64,000 nucleotides of DNA from a virus, in IMG/VR virus record IMGVR_UViG_3300043427_003273, positions 1 through 64,000 of that record; one strand, 5' to 3'. A model generated the notes under the pieces. The model saw only the letters and a program-made list of their open reading frames with translations, had not been told where the DNA came from and ran no database searches. The position numbers and the translations under genes were made by a program. This document shows, piece after piece, positions 43,285 to 53,595 of this stretch (position 1 is the stretch's first letter; the number at the start of each line of letters is the position of its first letter).

Positions 43285-43560
43285 TTAGTTAGTAAATCCT
43301 ACTTTTGCTCCCAAGACAGCAGCATTAGCTGCAAGAATGCAATGGGATGATTGTTTTTGTAAATATTCTGTAGTTCCTCTCATAAGAGTGAAAGATCCAA
43401 TTCCTGGACCACTTTGAGATTCAACAACAGTAATAAGATAATCACTAGAGGTAGAAGTGTTGACTAATCTAACGACAGTTGCTTCACTAAAACTGGTTGC
43501 TGTTCCAGTTGTAGTTGGTAAAGCTGCTTCTGAACCAAGAACTTTAACTCTGTAAGCCAT
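43285..43560 (-). CDS. hypothetical late protein
   Basis: ATVVRLVN...GSFTL; TATAAATA at 43574-43581. Confidence 0.8.
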   Translation of the reverse strand: MAYRVKVLGSEAALPTTTGTATSFSEATVVRLVNTSTSSDYLITVVESQSGPGIGSFTLMRGTTEYLQKQSSHCILAANAAVLGAKVGFTN

Positions 43561-43597
43561 TATTATAAGACACTATTTATATTAATATTTATCAAAT

Positions 43598-43759
43598 TTA
43601 ATCTTCATCAACTTGTGGTGGATTGAAAAAAGAATTTGCTATTTGTGGTCTTAAAGAATCAATCTTTTCTGCAGTCTTTGCAAAAAGAGCATCTTTAATT
43701 GCATCACTAATATCTGATGCGGATGAATCATTTGTAATTAAATCAACAATTTGTTCCAT
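43598..43759 (-). CDS. small prohead core protein at the gp67-like position, 53 aa (not in ORF track)
   Basis: MEQIVDLITNDSSASDISDAIKDALFAKTAEKIDSLRPQIANSFF..., directly after the portal gene. Confidence 0.7.
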   Translation of the reverse strand: MEQIVDLITNDSSASDISDAIKDALFAKTAEKIDSLRPQIANSFFNPPQVDED

Positions 43760-43791
43760 AATAGTTATTGTATACTTTTGATATTTATGTA

Positions 43792-45504
43792 TTATCTTTT
43801 ATTTGGTACGTTTTTTATTGTTGGAGACTTTGGAGGTTCTGCGGCATTTGAATTAAAATCTGGTGATTTCGTATCTAAAGGAACAGAACCAGAAGCACCA
43901 TTTATTGCATCACTTCCTGTTGGAAGTGGAAGTCCAGTTTCTGGATCAATAGGAGCATTTGGATCAGGAATAATCCCCTTTTCTATCTCTTTTTTAATTT
44001 TTTGATCTTCTTCTACTATCTCTTGATCAGTCTGACGAAGAATTTTATTTCTAATATATTCTTGAGAGAAGTATCTTCCAACATATGGCTCTGCAGTTGC
44101 TGCGAGATTTAATCTTTCAGTAAGAAGTTCTGCGTCTTTCAGCTCTGAGAAATGATTATCATACAGGAAATCGTATTGAATATGCTCTGACATTATATCC
44201 CAATCTTCGGGAGTAATGACATTCTTAAGAATTAATTGAGTCTTTAATAAATCATTGAAAAGATTTGCAAATCTTTTTCTTAAACGACCAACAAATTTGG
44301 TAAATTTAAGTTCGTCTCTCAAAATTTCAGAAGATCTTCCAAGATTAAATCCTCCTTCTCCTTCCATTCTTGATGGTGGAACGTTCAGGGATCTATAAAG
44401 TTTAGCCTGGAAATACTTAATATCTGTAATTTCACCAAGATTTTGTCCACCTGGAAGAGTTGAAATCTCTGTTCCTCTTCCACCTTCTCTTCTTGGAAGC
44501 CAAAAATCTTCAAGCATTGCCATGAATTTTTTGTCATCACGTATTTCTCCAGTAGAAGAATCATAAACCATCTTATTACGATAACGCATCATAACGTCAC
44601 GAAGATATTGCTCTGCTTTCATTTTTGGCAGATTGCCAACATCAATATAGAAAATTCTACGTTCTGGTGCTCTTGATAATCTGTAAATAACAAGAGAATC
44701 CTCAATCATACGAAGTTGATTAAGAGATTTAATTGCTTTATTGAGATATGAAAGTGTAGTTCCTTTATTCCTATCTACTAAACCAGATGTGCAATATGCT
44801 ATTGCATCTCTTGCAATTTTAATTCCTGCTTTTGCTGTGGACCCAATATTTGCTGGATTTCCTGGTCCTACTGGATAAGTAGATCTTGGACTATAAAGAA
44901 AAAATTCTTCAATTTCTGGAAAATTAAAGTTCATTGGATCTTCTTCAGAAGATTTCCCCATTGGTTGAACTTGTGTTCCGTTATTTTTTTTCTTCTTTTC
45001 TTGCCTAACATAACGGATTTTCATAGAGTCTATGTATCTTAACTCTTGAATTCCATCTTGAGGATTCTTTAAATCTATTACTTTATGATAAAAAATTCTA
45101 CCGTCTATATACCAGTTTCTGTATATTTCGTGGCATTTTTTATCAAAATCTAAAAGTGATAATATGAATTTAAATTCTTCTCTAATTTTTTTCTTAATAC
45201 CATCACTTGCATTAAGATTTGAAAGTTCTATTTGAACAGGACTGTCGTTAGAATCAGATACTATTGCTTCATTTACAATATCTTCGATGGCACTGTCAAC
45301 CTCTGGATGCAATGCCATCTCTCGATATTTTTTAATCAATTCAAATTCATTACGATAAACGCCTTCTATATCTACATAAGAACCAAAAAAACCACTAGTT
45401 AAATAATGGTCAACCCCGTCCTCGTGATTAACGGGAACGGGGGACAATGCAGATTTAGGTAATTTATCTTCGTCGTCAATAGAAAAACCGAACAATTTAG
45501 ACAT
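43792..45504 (-). CDS. gp20: portal protein (gp20)
   Basis: YRLSRAPERRIFYIDVGNLP, EDFWLPRREGGRGTEI. Confidence 0.98.
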   Translation of the reverse strand: MSKLFGFSIDDEDKLPKSALSPVPVNHEDGVDHYLTSGFFGSYVDIEGVYRNEFELIKKYREMALHPEVDSAIEDIVNEAIVSDSNDSPVQIELSNLNASDGIKKKIREEFKFILSLLDFDKKCHEIYRNWYIDGRIFYHKVIDLKNPQDGIQELRYIDSMKIRYVRQEKKKKNNGTQVQPMGKSSEEDPMNFNFPEIEEFFLYSPRSTYPVGPGNPANIGSTAKAGIKIARDAIAYCTSGLVDRNKGTTLSYLNKAIKSLNQLRMIEDSLVIYRLSRAPERRIFYIDVGNLPKMKAEQYLRDVMMRYRNKMVYDSSTGEIRDDKKFMAMLEDFWLPRREGGRGTEISTLPGGQNLGEITDIKYFQAKLYRSLNVPPSRMEGEGGFNLGRSSEILRDELKFTKFVGRLRKRFANLFNDLLKTQLILKNVITPEDWDIMSEHIQYDFLYDNHFSELKDAELLTERLNLAATAEPYVGRYFSQEYIRNKILRQTDQEIVEEDQKIKKEIEKGIIPDPNAPIDPETGLPLPTGSDAINGASGSVPLDTKSPDFNSNAAEPPKSPTIKNVPNKR

Positions 45505-45546
45505 TATTAAAAGTATCTTGGATTTTCTATTATTTATGTAGTTAAA

Positions 45547-46254
45547 TCAGATGACGTTATCGTTAGGAGCTTGAGATCCTGTAACTTCTCCACCTTCTTG
45601 GTCGTCAATTTCAAACCAGTTGACCTGGAATTCTACGGTGAATTCCTCAATCGTATCTCCAGTGTCATAAGAAAGATCAATCTGGGAAACATTAGTTGGG
45701 AAGATATCGTGAAGTTTGTATGCTCTCAAGATTCTGGACTGGAATGTTCCACCATTGTATGGAGGTGCTGCCTGACCAAGATCTGCATTTCCGTCAACAA
45801 CGTTTGTACCATTTCTTTGGTTGGATCTTCCAAGTTGCCATACAATCGCATCAGTCATATAAGACTGAGGATTAACAGCACCTGAAGCATTATCCAATTT
45901 GGAAATGTGGTTCATCCATTGCTCAAATGCATGTCTGAGGTTGAAGTCCTCATCGTTAATGATGGTGACTGTCCAAGTATCAAAGGTGCGGTCTCCAGCA
46001 ACTTTTAAAATACGTCCTCTAAAAGGAACATCAATTGGTGCAACGTTTGATGCTGGCAGAGCTGCTGACTTGCAAAGGAATTTGAAGTCATCTTGATCTG
46101 CATTTGTCCAATATTGTACAATATTTGTTGGGAAAGCTGGGATTGAGACCTCAAATAAATTGGGTCTCGCACCACCACCACGGAGCTTATTTTTAAAGTC
46201 CGTAATATTCTTTAGTCTTGGTCTGTTGTCGGTTGCATTAAATGCGCTTGCCAT
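45547..46254 (-). CDS. gp19: tail tube protein (gp19)
   Basis: GGARPNLFEV, GDRTFDTWTVT, IEEFTVEF. Confidence 0.95.
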   Translation of the reverse strand: MASAFNATDNRPRLKNITDFKNKLRGGGARPNLFEVSIPAFPTNIVQYWTNADQDDFKFLCKSAALPASNVAPIDVPFRGRILKVAGDRTFDTWTVTIINDEDFNLRHAFEQWMNHISKLDNASGAVNPQSYMTDAIVWQLGRSNQRNGTNVVDGNADLGQAAPPYNGGTFQSRILRAYKLHDIFPTNVSQIDLSYDTGDTIEEFTVEFQVNWFEIDDQEGGEVTGSQAPNDNVI

Positions 46255-46295
46255 TTGTTTTTTCCTCCGTTGGGGTTATTAGTTCAATTTATTCA

Positions 46296-48953
46296 TTAAA
46301 CAGTTCCAGCAACTTCACCGAAACTTACTCCAGTTCTTGTAGCAACGAAGGTCAGTGTCACATAATTAATGGATTTAGTTGGCTTCAAGTAGATATCTGC
46401 TCTAAATTCATTGTTGTCAATGATATCTGGAGTGTTATTTGTCTCATTACATACAATCAGATAACCATAAAGTCCTCTCTTAGCTTGAATTTCGGCAAGG
46501 AAAGGATCGACAACAGCAACAAAGTTTGATCTTGTGATGTCGTCATTCAGTTCAAAGAGTTGTGCGTCTGCAAGTCTTTGCAGTGACTGTTCAATATAAA
46601 GGAACAATCTACGAACATTAATTCTATCAAATGCTGATGCATATCCAAGTGCCGTCTTATCTCCAAACAGAAGTGTTCCAAGTCCATTTTGAGTAATAAC
46701 TGGGTTCACTCTTGCAACGTAGAGTCTATCTCTTTGTGCTTTAGTTGGATTATAAGCCAGTTTGACAGCATTATTCAAAATTCCTCTTTGCTGTCCAGCA
46801 GGAGAGAACCAAGGATATGATTCGATTGATGTTCTTACCATCAATCCTGCAATGTCTCCATTACATGGAATATATCTAAATGCATTATTGAATCTATCAT
46901 AAGTGTACTTATATCCAGAGTCAAATACTGCATAAGAAGATGATGAAAGTGTGCTAAAGAACTCTACAACGTTGTCAGTAATGTCATCAGTACTGAGGAA
47001 TGAGAGTCCATCTCCAAGAACGTCTGTTCTATGTGGAGAAATGCAAGCAATGCAGTCCTTTCTATCTTCAGCAATCGCAATCAGGTTTTGTGCCTTTGCT
47101 TGCGACTCAAGCTTCTCTTCTAATCCAGGACCCATCAACAGGTAATCAATTGCAATTTCATCTGGATCTGCAAAGAGATCGTATGCGTTGAGAAGTTCGC
47201 CAAGGGTTGCTTTAAGACTTCCAGTGACGGTTGTTTCACTCAGAGTTACGGTTGAAGCATTTGCACTTGCTGTGATTGCTACAGCTTGTTCTGCTGTTGC
47301 TCCAGCGGTTGTTGCAGCAACTACAGGAGTATAGTCCTTACCACCTGAAAGTCTGAATACCTTAGTTCCATAAACAGAGAAGGTTTTTTCTCTTCCAGGT
47401 TGATTCCAGAGTCCATCTGTTAATGAAATTGGAGTTAATCCACCAGCAAATGTTCCATCTACAGATGGATAGAATCCAGATGCAACAACAGTCTCATTGT
47501 TTGAAATATCAGATGGATTATCACCGACAAAGATATATGTTGAATACTGTCCAACAAAATCCTTCCAGAAAATTCTTTGTGGAGGATTAACGGCAGAAAT
47601 TGCATCTACTGCCTTTGAGAGGAATGTATGCTTTTCAACAAGATTTCCTTTAATTCCAGTGATTGTTCCGAGGTCATCAAACAATGCGATGTGAATAGCA
47701 TCGTTTCTTCCTTTTCTGTCAGCAACCCATTGGGTTGTTGATGGCTTGGAAGCAATCGATTTCCAAAGAATATTTCCAGTTTCAAGAGTAATTACTTGCT
47801 CATTATACCAATCTTTAACTTGATTTCCTTGAGTGATATTGCATGTTGCAACACCAACTCCACTATTGTTACTAAAAACAAGTTGTGTATTTGGTTTGAA
47901 GGATGCGTGTCTTGATCTGTTTTTGTACTCAATTCCTTCTTCTACACCAGCAGCAGAAACTTTAGATGTAACTCTTACATCAACTGTACCAAGAGCTGCA
48001 TCAACTCCTGTTACGATTCCCTTAAGATATCCATCTTCGGTGAAGAATCCACCACCCGCATCATTTCTTCCTGTTCTTCTAACAGGTCTTCTTACCTGAT
48101 CGAGAGTTACAGTTACAGCATATCCAACTTGAATGTTTCCAGCTGCAGTAGTGCCGACTTCCAGAATTTGGTCAGCCTTATCATCAATGATTGCAATTGC
48201 TAATCCGTTTGACCATGTTCCTGGGTTCTTTCCTGCAAAGATATAAGGAACTACGTCTCCAGAAGTTGAATTGTAATCATCAAAATTTTTAATTTTCAGA
48301 GTATCATCTGCAGTAACGAATGGTTCAGAATCTGCAGTTACAGATCCAACTTGAATAAGAACTGGAGTATCTCCAGCAGGATTTCCAAAAATGATATCAT
48401 TAATATAGATTTCTTCAGCAGCTACATACCCACTTCCTGGGTTAACGACTGAAAGTGATGCAACAGATCCTGTGGTTCCGAGACCCACAGTAATAATTAA
48501 TCCACTACCAGCAGCAGAGTTGGTAGTATATCCATATCCAGTTGTGTTTCCGATCGCAATTTCACCTAAAGTGAATGATTGCGAAACAAGTGTTCTTGCA
48601 CTATCATCTGTACCACCAGCAATTGTAAGATCAATTGCTTCGCCAGTTGACTGTGTTCTTGTGCTTGAGTTTACAATGGTATCTCCATCGGTTCTTACAA
48701 CCTTGATGATACCACCATAAGATAAGAAAGAAGATGCAGTCATCCAATACTCATATTGGGCATCTGCACTTGAGGGTTTTCCAAATACTTGGATAAGTTC
48801 TTCTTCTGTTTCAATAGTAACAGGATCTTCTACGGGTCCTTTTACAAATGGACCAGCAATAGCACCGATGTTATCTACGATGTTGTCAACTCTTCCTACC
48901 GTTAAATCAACTTCCCTGATTAATACACCAGGAGATAATTGAGGAGTCGCCAT
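46296..48953 (-). CDS. gp18: tail sheath protein (gp18)
   Basis: SPGVLIREVD, PWFSPAG, FDRINVRRLF. Confidence 0.96.
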   Translation of the reverse strand: MATPQLSPGVLIREVDLTVGRVDNIVDNIGAIAGPFVKGPVEDPVTIETEEELIQVFGKPSSADAQYEYWMTASSFLSYGGIIKVVRTDGDTIVNSSTRTQSTGEAIDLTIAGGTDDSARTLVSQSFTLGEIAIGNTTGYGYTTNSAAGSGLIITVGLGTTGSVASLSVVNPGSGYVAAEEIYINDIIFGNPAGDTPVLIQVGSVTADSEPFVTADDTLKIKNFDDYNSTSGDVVPYIFAGKNPGTWSNGLAIAIIDDKADQILEVGTTAAGNIQVGYAVTVTLDQVRRPVRRTGRNDAGGGFFTEDGYLKGIVTGVDAALGTVDVRVTSKVSAAGVEEGIEYKNRSRHASFKPNTQLVFSNNSGVGVATCNITQGNQVKDWYNEQVITLETGNILWKSIASKPSTTQWVADRKGRNDAIHIALFDDLGTITGIKGNLVEKHTFLSKAVDAISAVNPPQRIFWKDFVGQYSTYIFVGDNPSDISNNETVVASGFYPSVDGTFAGGLTPISLTDGLWNQPGREKTFSVYGTKVFRLSGGKDYTPVVAATTAGATAEQAVAITASANASTVTLSETTVTGSLKATLGELLNAYDLFADPDEIAIDYLLMGPGLEEKLESQAKAQNLIAIAEDRKDCIACISPHRTDVLGDGLSFLSTDDITDNVVEFFSTLSSSSYAVFDSGYKYTYDRFNNAFRYIPCNGDIAGLMVRTSIESYPWFSPAGQQRGILNNAVKLAYNPTKAQRDRLYVARVNPVITQNGLGTLLFGDKTALGYASAFDRINVRRLFLYIEQSLQRLADAQLFELNDDITRSNFVAVVDPFLAEIQAKRGLYGYLIVCNETNNTPDIIDNNEFRADIYLKPTKSINYVTLTFVATRTGVSFGEVAGTV

Positions 48954-49016
48954 TTTTTTCTCCTAAGACTCAGTTTATCTACAAAATATTTATTAAAATT
49001 ACTTTTTTCAGAAGAA

Positions 49017-50672
49017 CTAACTTATATAATCCCACATATATGCCATATCGCCATATTCATCCACATGCCACCTATCTCCTGTATTATCTACAAAAGACCT
49101 CTCATCACTAACTCCATCAGTTATAAAACCAAATGGAGACATATCTTGTTCTATTTGGTTTTTTTGTTCTTCATATAATCTTTTTCTAATGTCTTGATCA
49201 GTTAATTCTTTAAAATAATCTTGTTGTATTAGCCAGGAATAAATTACAAGACACATTACAAGATCATCATTTCTCCCTTCCTCAGCTTCAAATGAATTAT
49301 TTTTTTGAATAAATGTTGTCAATTCTGAAATAGTATCAAAATCTGAAATAAAAAGTTTATCTTCTTCAATTAATGCCTTTAAATTTAAACAACCAACTTT
49401 TTTGGTTGCTTTAGACATTTTAACTCCCAATTGACACTTTTTCCCAGAAAAACCTTGACCTAAAACTTGTCCTGCTCTTCCTCTCATTGAAGACATAAGA
49501 ACGTTTTCGTATTCAAGGTCATAATGAAGACCCGCTGCTACTTGATCTCCAACATCGTTTACTTCACATAAAACATATGCTTTATTATAATTTATGGCAA
49601 CTTCCTTTATTGTTTGAGGAAAAACTATTGGCCTAATTTGATTATTTTTATATTTTGCTACTAATCTATGAGGAAATTGAGATATATCAATAACTGTAAA
49701 CGCGGAGTAGTCTTTTTCAACTCCTCTTGCAACGTCAACTGTTATAACATAACTATGATCTTCTTGTGGATATTCATAGACATCCAATCCGTTATGGGAT
49801 TTTGATGGAGTATCAAATACAAGTGTATTTAATTTTGCTCCAGATATTAAGGTATCAGTAGATCCAAGAAACTGACATTCAAATTCTTGTCTCCACTGAG
49901 ACTCTGAGGTATTTGCAATTGTAGTTGCTTTAAATTTCTCATCTCTTCCAGGAACATCAGTCCAATGAACTTCTGTGGGAACATAACTATTTTTCTTTTT
50001 CTGAGCATCATCCCAAAGTTTATAAAAATGATTCATTCCAAATGGAGTAGAAACAATTATAACTTTTGATGATTGTCCAGAAGTAATAGTAGGATATACT
50101 GAACTGAAAAAATTATCTGCAACAGTATTTGGAACAAATGCAAATTCGTCCAAAAAGATAATATTGAAAGTGCTTCCTCGTACTGATGATGCTGATGTCG
50201 AAGCAGCAAAAATCCTTGATTTATTTTCTAATTCTAAAGAACCTTTATTCCAAGATAAAACTCCCTGCTGTAACCATTTTGGAAGATTCTCATATCCTGT
50301 TTGCAATCTTTGAAGAAGATCTCTTGCGGTATTTGCTTTGTTTGCAAGAATTGCAATATTCACATTATCATTAAAAATTGCATAATGCAATAAGAATGCA
50401 CAAACTGTAGTGGATTTACCAGACTGACGAGGTAGTTTGCATATATTAAAACGATTGTCATGAAATCGTTTAATCATTTTCTTTTGAAAGGGATACATTT
50501 TAAAAGGTTGCAATCCCTTGTCAATAGTTACAATTTGAACATAATGTTCTGCAAAATAAAGAGGATCATCATAACATTTTATGATCTCATCAATCTGCTC
50601 TTGAGTATATTCAATTGATATATTTGCTTTTTTTAGTAACGGATTACCAAGATAATGTTCGTCATTACTCAT
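49017..50672 (-). CDS. gp17: terminase large subunit (gp17)
   Basis: PRQSGKST, LDEFAF, STP.G.NHFY, DDLVM. Confidence 0.97.
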   Translation of the reverse strand: MSNDEHYLGNPLLKKANISIEYTQEQIDEIIKCYDDPLYFAEHYVQIVTIDKGLQPFKMYPFQKKMIKRFHDNRFNICKLPRQSGKSTTVCAFLLHYAIFNDNVNIAILANKANTARDLLQRLQTGYENLPKWLQQGVLSWNKGSLELENKSRIFAASTSASSVRGSTFNIIFLDEFAFVPNTVADNFFSSVYPTITSGQSSKVIIVSTPFGMNHFYKLWDDAQKKKNSYVPTEVHWTDVPGRDEKFKATTIANTSESQWRQEFECQFLGSTDTLISGAKLNTLVFDTPSKSHNGLDVYEYPQEDHSYVITVDVARGVEKDYSAFTVIDISQFPHRLVAKYKNNQIRPIVFPQTIKEVAINYNKAYVLCEVNDVGDQVAAGLHYDLEYENVLMSSMRGRAGQVLGQGFSGKKCQLGVKMSKATKKVGCLNLKALIEEDKLFISDFDTISELTTFIQKNNSFEAEEGRNDDLVMCLVIYSWLIQQDYFKELTDQDIRKRLYEEQKNQIEQDMSPFGFITDGVSDERSFVDNTGDRWHVDEYGDMAYMWDYIS

Positions 50673-50680
50673 AGATTAAC

Positions 50681-52084
50681 TCACCATTTTACTTTATCTG
50701 CCCAATAAGCTGCCGACATTTTTCCTTTTGCAATATTTTTTGCATGTCTTGATTTAAATCTTTCACGACGATTTGCATATTCTTCAGACTCTCCTTTTTT
50801 CTTTGGAGATCCTTTTACTCCAAGTTGACCAAATCGAATAAGTTTTTCTTTTCCATTTTCACATGCTTTTACCACATGAGATTTACCTTGCTCACCAGAC
50901 CCATGTGATTGAGACTTTGGTTTGTTGCAAGGCATTTCAGACTTTTTTGCTTCATCTATTTCAACCTCTTCACCAATTGACTTGTTATTTAAGAGATAAT
51001 TTTTTGATGGACTATTAGAAATTTGAATAAATGGTTCTCCAGGATTTAATTCTGCAATCTTATATGCAACTACTCTTGCATCTGGATATATTTTTTGAAC
51101 TTCAAAGGTTACTTCTGCTCTAGATGGAAGTTTTAATTGTGGGAAGAACATTTGAACATAATAATATTTTCCTCTCCATGAAAGAGTTACTGCAACAATA
51201 TTTCCAGATTGAGCTTTTATTCTTGTTGCTTCAGATACATTCTTTTTTGACTCAACTTTTTTCAATTTTGTGTAGTAATCAGGAACCTCATCTAAATGTT
51301 GAAGTGCGGTAATTTTTGCTGAAGTTTTATTTGATGTATGCTCTCCTTCAACTTTAATTCCCATTTCAAGTTGTTTTTTAATTGATTCTAAAGAAACCCC
51401 GTGTTTTTTGGCAATTTCTTCTGGTGATTTATATGACTGGACAGGACCCTTTGGATCCTTTTCTTCACTCATGGGACATGCTTTTTTGCCATGAACTGCA
51501 CATGATTCTCCTTTTTTTGTGTGACTACATTTTTCCTTTGATTTTGTCCCATCTACATTTTTTCCAATACCAACTTCAGTTGGTTTCTTTGACTGCCCTG
51601 GGACATCAAATCCTTTTGGAAGAGGCTTACATGCTTTATCAGTGTTGCACCAATACATTCCCTTCCCACACTTCTCTTCACCAAGAATTTTTTCCACCAA
51701 AGATACTTCTTCTTTTTTTACTGATGGTAATGATACAGATGCTGCTTTTTTCTTTTGAAGTTCTACTGCCTTTGGTCCAAGTTGTTTTGCTGCATCTGGA
51801 GTTAAAGCTCCAGCTCCAGAAGATTTTTTAATTGCAAAACTTGGATTTTTTGATTCATCCAAACCTTCATCACTTTGAAGATACTCTGCTACGGTATCAA
51901 TAAAATCTGCTGCTCTTGTAATCTTTGATTGAACCCAAGCTGGAAGTTGATGATCTTTTGATTTTATAACTTTACGAAGTTTTTCAATAGATCTTTCAAT
52001 TTGATCGAATTCAACATTTGCCATGTATCCTTCGTCATCTTTTCTTTTTCCAGAAGCAATTTCTTTATGATCTTCGTTTAACAT
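50681..52084 (-). CDS. modular hypothetical protein, putative internal head polyprotein
   Basis: String of small domains (LPAWVQSKIT; GIKVEGEH...HLDEVPDYYTKL; RFKSRH...SAAYWA) joined by xxE linkers. Confidence 0.75.
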   Translation of the reverse strand: MLNEDHKEIASGKRKDDEGYMANVEFDQIERSIEKLRKVIKSKDHQLPAWVQSKITRAADFIDTVAEYLQSDEGLDESKNPSFAIKKSSGAGALTPDAAKQLGPKAVELQKKKAASVSLPSVKKEEVSLVEKILGEEKCGKGMYWCNTDKACKPLPKGFDVPGQSKKPTEVGIGKNVDGTKSKEKCSHTKKGESCAVHGKKACPMSEEKDPKGPVQSYKSPEEIAKKHGVSLESIKKQLEMGIKVEGEHTSNKTSAKITALQHLDEVPDYYTKLKKVESKKNVSEATRIKAQSGNIVAVTLSWRGKYYYVQMFFPQLKLPSRAEVTFEVQKIYPDARVVAYKIAELNPGEPFIQISNSPSKNYLLNNKSIGEEVEIDEAKKSEMPCNKPKSQSHGSGEQGKSHVVKACENGKEKLIRFGQLGVKGSPKKKGESEEYANRRERFKSRHAKNIAKGKMSAAYWADKVKW

Positions 52085-52109
52085 GAGTGTTTTGAGAATC
52101 TATATAATT

Positions 52110-52568
52110 TTATTTATCATCTAGATTATTTTTTTGAGATTTAATAAATTTTGTAAGTTCTGCTGTTGAACCAATAAACAATGAATTGTTTACAGTAGAT
52201 GGTCCTTTTATTTCCTTCACTTCTTCTATTTCTTTTAATTTTTTCTGTAAATCTAAAAGTTTTTCGGTTGCATCTGCAACATTTTTGATTAATTGTCCAG
52301 TAACCTCATATGCTCTTGGCGATTCTGTTTCTTGTGCTAACTCTAATGCGCCATTAATTGCTTCTTGACCTTTTTCAATAATTGAGTATATATTGGATCT
52401 ACTATATTTGTAATCTTTTTCTATATCCTTTTTTATATCCAAAATTTCATTATCAAATCTTTGTGTTTTCTCAATATCAACTACATATGAAACTTCTGAT
52501 TTAGAAATTTCACTATTTGGCTCTAAATTAAAAATAGAATCTAATTTTTGTTCGTTCATACAATTCAA
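52110..52568 (-). CDS. gp16: terminase small subunit (gp16)
   Basis: DY.YSR, SPRAYEV, FIGSTAEL. Confidence 0.9.
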   Translation of the reverse strand: MNCMNEQKLDSIFNLEPNSEISKSEVSYVVDIEKTQRFDNEILDIKKDIEKDYKYSRSNIYSIIEKGQEAINGALELAQETESPRAYEVTGQLIKNVADATEKLLDLQKKLKEIEEVKEIKGPSTVNNSLFIGSTAELTKFIKSQKNNLDDK

Positions 52569-53584
52569 GTTAATTTGCCATCAAACCCAAAATCATCTCC
52601 AAGTTCAATTAAGTTATTATCTGCTTCAACAACTTTTTGAACTTCTGTTCCAGAAACGTGAGGTGTAATTTTTGTTTTATAACTACCTCTAACAACAGAT
52701 ACGGTTTTCTTTTCAGAATCTATTTTGGAAACTTTCAATGATTCATTATCTATTGTTATTATGGAATTTAATTGTATATTAGACACATCATTTACAAATA
52801 ACATTGTGTCATTTAAAGTAACGTCTTTTACTAAGTAAGCAACTCCAAAATCAGAATAACTTTTTGTGGCAGTTGGGGTTACGGAATAAGTTGCGTCTCT
52901 CAATATAGCATCTGGATTATTTGATGTAGATCCAGCAACAAATCCAATTGTGGATTTTCTAATGACACTATCAGAGACATCCTTAACTGGACCAAATAAG
53001 TAAGTTTTTGCAGTAAATGTTATTGTGTATATTAAAGCCCTTCTTGTGTCATAATTGCCTTCATAATCATCTTGCATAGTTATACTTTCAATTTGAAAAG
53101 GAACATCCTTTTTTTCACCCAAAGTATCTAGTAAATCTATAGTTAATGTATATGCTGGTTGAAAATATGGTAATATTTGTTCTATTATTTGTAAAGAGTC
53201 ATCATTAATCTTTGACAAAATATTTAACTCAAACGACATATTGTAAGGAACAGGCATAAAAGCTTTACGACGACCTTGAGGATTTGCTGGATCTTTTACC
53301 GTAAAGTATTCCGTTGTTGTTATTTTCCTATCCGAATCATAAGTCAATCCATTAAACTCAAAAGACATTCTTGGTAATGTAATTTGAACTGGATTATTGA
53401 GGTCTTTTGGAGCCTCATTAAGTCTAGCTAAGAATTTTTGTCTTGGCCCATAAGCAATTGGAACTTTTACCGAAGATACAACATTTCCATTAGTATCTGT
53501 TTTTTTGAGGTATATATTATTGAATAGAGTTCCAAATCCAATAACAGTTCTTCTTAAAATTTCGTGGTAAAAGTAATCAAACAT
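52565..53584 (-). CDS. gp15: tail terminator/sheath stabilizer (gp15)
   Basis: FGTLFNNI, LPRMSFE, QIIEQILPYFQP. Confidence 0.93.
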   Translation of the reverse strand: MFDYFYHEILRRTVIGFGTLFNNIYLKKTDTNGNVVSSVKVPIAYGPRQKFLARLNEAPKDLNNPVQITLPRMSFEFNGLTYDSDRKITTTEYFTVKDPANPQGRRKAFMPVPYNMSFELNILSKINDDSLQIIEQILPYFQPAYTLTIDLLDTLGEKKDVPFQIESITMQDDYEGNYDTRRALIYTITFTAKTYLFGPVKDVSDSVIRKSTIGFVAGSTSNNPDAILRDATYSVTPTATKSYSDFGVAYLVKDVTLNDTMLFVNDVSNIQLNSIITIDNESLKVSKIDSEKKTVSVVRGSYKTKITPHVSGTEVQKVVEADNNLIELGDDFGFDGKLT

Positions 53585-53595
53585 TTTTTATTTAC

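Noticed and set aside
8483-50672. Introns or inteins in nrdA, nrdB, gp41, gp43 or gp17
   Set aside because: Reading frames are continuous with normal lengths and no splice-junction motifs seen
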